Shown piece after piece: positions 61,713 to 64,000 of a stretch of DNA of 64,000 nucleotides. Below the pieces are notes generated by a model. That model was not told the origin of the DNA, did not search any database, and saw only the letters and a program-made list of their open reading frames with translations. Source of the DNA: an uncultured Gammaproteobacteria bacterium (lineage in GTDB: Bacteria > Patescibacteriota > Microgenomatia > Levybacterales > UBA12049). Within the stretch, counting starts at the first letter, position 1. The number at the start of each line of letters is the position of its first letter. The stretch spans positions 10,632-74,631 of the forward strand of contig CAZLZN010000004.1 in NCBI GenBank assembly GCA_964564035.1, read 5' to 3'. A program made the position numbers and the translations under genes.

Positions 61713-62894
61713 TTACTGCTCTGATGCTGATTCCAGTGTTGCCGTCAGATCAAGGGTTTCGTCTCCTCTGTAAACAACAATAGCAATTGTATCGCCTACT
61801 TTTTTCTTGCTGATTATAGTTGAGAGCTGATTGTCTTCGGTAATTCTCTGACCGTCGATCCTGGTTATTATATCTCCGCGGCGGAGGCCCGCCTTGGACG
61901 CGGCGGAATCTGCAACAACTGTTTGTATATAAGCTCCTTCCGGTATTTCGTTTATGATCGCCAGATCTTTGGAAATCAGCCTGTATGTAATTCCTAAAAA
62001 GGGACGGTTGAACTGCCCGGTTTGGTTAAAATTGTCAAGCGAGTCCTTGATTATATTGATGGGAATGGCAAATCCGATATTTTCTCCACTGCTTGATACC
62101 GCGGTATTTACTCCAATTACCTGGCCTTTGGAATTCAGGAGCGGTCCGCCGCTGTTGCCGGGATTTATTGCGGCGTCTGTTTGTATAACATTGTCCAAAC
62201 GCTCGACGGAACCTTCGAAAGGACTGCCCGCCGTGATACCTCTGCCAAGTCCGGAGATAATACCAGTCGTCACTGTATTGCGGAATTCACCAAGAGCTGT
62301 TCCTATAGCCGCGACATACTGACCAACCTGCAATCGCGAGGAATCACCCAAATCTACGGGCTTTAGTTGTGTTCCCTGATTTTCAGAGGGATTAATTTTG
62401 AGGAGCGCAACGTCATTTAGGGGATCCCGGTATATCTGCGAAACGTTATATTTTTTGTCATCGCTTGTAACTACGAGATACTTGCCCTGCGGATCCGAGA
62501 CCACATGTTTGTTGGTTACAATCAATCCCTGATCAGTAATTATAAAACCTGTTCCGATATCCTGCGGTTCCTGCGGAGACAGGTCTTCTTCGCCAAATGG
62601 CAATCCAAAGAACGGATCAGGTCCGAATTCAAAAAACGGACTTCTTGCCTGGGGTCTGCCGGATAGATCTTCCGAGATGGTGACCACAGATGGCCCGACT
62701 TTTTTGACTATATCAATAGTTACCGATTCTTCCGAGAAAACCCTGACTGTTTCACGATCCTCTGTAATTGTTGGAATAAGCGCGCCTGTATTTTCGGAAA
62801 TGAAGTTGGATAATCCGGGTATATACCTCTGGCCGGAGCTTAGCAGATATAAAATTGCTATCAAAATAAAAGCTAATAACAAGAGTTTTCTCAT
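61713..62894 (-). CDS. HtrA/DegP family serine protease with PDZ domain
   Basis: Catalytic triad context TNKHVV, NDVALLK and GNSGGPLLN. C-terminal PDZ (..GLRRGDIITRIDGQ..). Confidence 0.9.
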   Translation of the reverse strand: MRKLLLLAFILIAILYLLSSGQRYIPGLSNFISENTGALIPTITEDRETVRVFSEESVTIDIVKKVGPSVVTISEDLSGRPQARSPFFEFGPDPFFGLPFGEEDLSPQEPQDIGTGFIITDQGLIVTNKHVVSDPQGKYLVVTSDDKKYNVSQIYRDPLNDVALLKINPSENQGTQLKPVDLGDSSRLQVGQYVAAIGTALGEFRNTVTTGIISGLGRGITAGSPFEGSVERLDNVIQTDAAINPGNSGGPLLNSKGQVIGVNTAVSSSGENIGFAIPINIIKDSLDNFNQTGQFNRPFLGITYRLISKDLAIINEIPEGAYIQTVVADSAASKAGLRRGDIITRIDGQRITEDNQLSTIISKKKVGDTIAIVVYRGDETLDLTATLESASEQ

Positions 62895-62903
62895 ATTGTA
62901 GAA

Positions 62904-64000
62904 CTAGTTTGCCTGATTTAAAGTCTCTTCAATTGCTTTTTCGAGCTGAATGTCGTGACTTTGATCTTTGGTGTCGGGTTCTATTTCGACATCCGGCTTC
63001 AGACCCTCCTGATGAACCCAAGTGCCATTGGGAGTCAGCCATTTGGCAATTGTGATATGAATTCCCGCTCCCCCGCCAAGATCTTCCGCCTGCTGGATAG
63101 TACCCTTGCCGAATGAGGTTTCGCCGACTAGCACGGCTCTATTATAATCCCGCAGTGCACCGGCAACAATTTCGCTCGCTGAGGCTGATCCCTTGTTGAT
63201 GAGTATCGTCAGGGGCACTTCATAAAGCAAACCCTGACCGGTCACCTTGAATGATGTCTGGTCTCCGTTTCGGTCTTCCTGTGAAACCACATAGCCTTCT
63301 TTGATAAATTCCGACGCGATGCTGACTGCATCCGTTAAATAACCTCCGGGGTTGTTTCTCAGATCGAATACTATTCCTTTTATTGATTTATCGGCTTTTA
63401 ACTGCCTGTCAGCTTCGGCTGTAATACTCTGCCATTCTTTGTTGGCCGTGTCCCCGAACTGAGAAAGCCTGATGTATATAATTTTGTTATTTATGTTCGG
63501 CTTGAGAACAGAAGAATCTTTTTTGATCTCGTCGATATCTTTGATGCTTTTGACCCAATATGTTACGCTTTTGACTTGGATAGTATCACGCACGATGTTT
63601 AGCTCCCTGGGCTGGGATTCGTCTTTGGGTAGTATTGTCAGGGTCACTTCCGTACCTTTTTCACCTCTTATGTGTTCGACTGCTTTGTTTAGTGACCATC
63701 CGCTTGTAATGTCATCATTTACTTTCAGTATCGCGTCTCCCGGGCGCAAACCTGCTTTTTTGGCGGGACTTCCGTCCAGCGGCGCGACTACTATGATCTG
63801 TTTTCCTTTCATACCGAGCTCTGCTCCAATGCCTTCAAATTTGCCGGCGAGTCCCTGTTTGAAGTCTGTATTTTTGGCAGGCGGCAGATAAACGGTATAT
63901 GGATCATCAAGACTATTTACCATACCCTCTATTGCGCCATTCAGGAACTCCTGACTATCGAGAGCATTTTTGTCATAGTAATTTTGGTTTATTTTATCAA
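62904..64000 (-). CDS. S41 carboxyl-terminal processing protease (5' end outside window)
   Basis: PDZ (..GLRPGDAILKVND..) and catalytic region ..INKGSASASEIVAGAL.. ..TFGKGT... The frame stays open upstream of Met 63923 to the window edge (..YYDKNALDSQEFLNGAIEG..). Confidence 0.9.
   Translation of the reverse strand, partial: DKINQNYYDKNALDSQEFLNGAIEGMVNSLDDPYTVYLPPAKNTDFKQGLAGKFEGIGAELGMKGKQIIVVAPLDGSPAKKAGLRPGDAILKVNDDITSGWSLNKAVEHIRGEKGTEVTLTILPKDESQPRELNIVRDTIQVKSVTYWVKSIKDIDEIKKDSSVLKPNINNKIIYIRLSQFGDTANKEWQSITAEADRQLKADKSIKGIVFDLRNNPGGYLTDAVSIASEFIKEGYVVSQEDRNGDQTSFKVTGQGLLYEVPLTILINKGSASASEIVAGALRDYNRAVLVGETSFGKGTIQQAEDLGGGAGIHITIAKWLTPNGTWVHQEGLKPDVEIEPDTKDQSHDIQLEKAIEETLNQAN

Noticed and set aside
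60-64000. Dozens of 60-160 aa ORFs in the track that lie antisense to, or nested within, long conserved genes. Examples: 60..533, 744..935, 1712..2008, 7993..8301, 17469..17801, 27547..27879, 39662..39982, 49223..49573, 61954..62322, 63472..63891.
   Set aside because: They overlap genes with clear family motifs on the other strand or in another frame. They have skewed low-complexity or Ser/Leu/Arg-rich compositions typical of shadow ORFs, and they lack SD or promoter context.
1-64000. Alternative genetic code (UGA recoded, as in some CPR lineages).
   Set aside because: Conserved genes terminate at TGA at the expected protein ends (carB 3003-3005, efp 29954-29956). Long conserved ORFs contain no in-frame TGA, so the standard code 11 fits.

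Overview
This window is 64 kb of a low-GC, gene-dense bacterial chromosome. The gene content suggests a Patescibacteria/CPR-like genome: small housekeeping proteins, many N-terminally anchored hypothetical surface proteins, LytR_C proteins and a compact RF1. That placement is inference only. The standard genetic code applies, because TGA and TAA close well-conserved genes. No rRNA, CRISPR array, transposase or phage structural genes were seen.

Layout:
- 1-22.6 kb is almost all + strand. It carries de novo pyrimidine genes (carB partial, pyrC, pyrD, then pyrF and pyrE). These are split by a ~9 kb block of surface/envelope genes: a Kelch/LCAT-type lipase giant protein, a decaying tandem family of small membrane proteins, an FN3/CarboxypepD_reg protein and a beta-lactamase-fold hydrolase. 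After the pyr genes come a SIMPL protein, a Xer-type tyrosine recombinase, an orphan PAS-GAF-PAS histidine kinase and a GH37 trehalase.
- 22.6-24.05 kb is a 1.4 kb ORF-free, AT-rich gap that sits exactly where the coding strand flips.
- 24-64 kb is mainly - strand housekeeping: yebC, rluA-family, efp, pepA, tRNA-Leu, tldD/pmbA pair, maf, ddl, aminotransferase, murF-like, dnaB, LOG, pepP, hisS, rpmE, prfA, split kef-type antiporter, DnaQ-GIY-YIG nuclease, HtrA and S41 protease. Several + strand orphan genes are interspersed.

Most interesting observations:
1. The ORF-free gap, with two perfect 12-bp palindromes, TATATCA iteron-like repeats and one perfect DnaA box.
2. A dispersed family of strictly 7-nt-periodic A/T-rich arrays. 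They abut start codons (dnaB and prfA share a near-identical leader) and also lie in frame inside the murF-like and pepP genes.
3. A three-gene orphan operon with a leaderless-type promoter.
4. Several decay or recoding candidates: a HicB-like gene with an in-frame TAA, a kef gene split at an A7 tract, a frameshifted paralog, and a lipase gene fragment.
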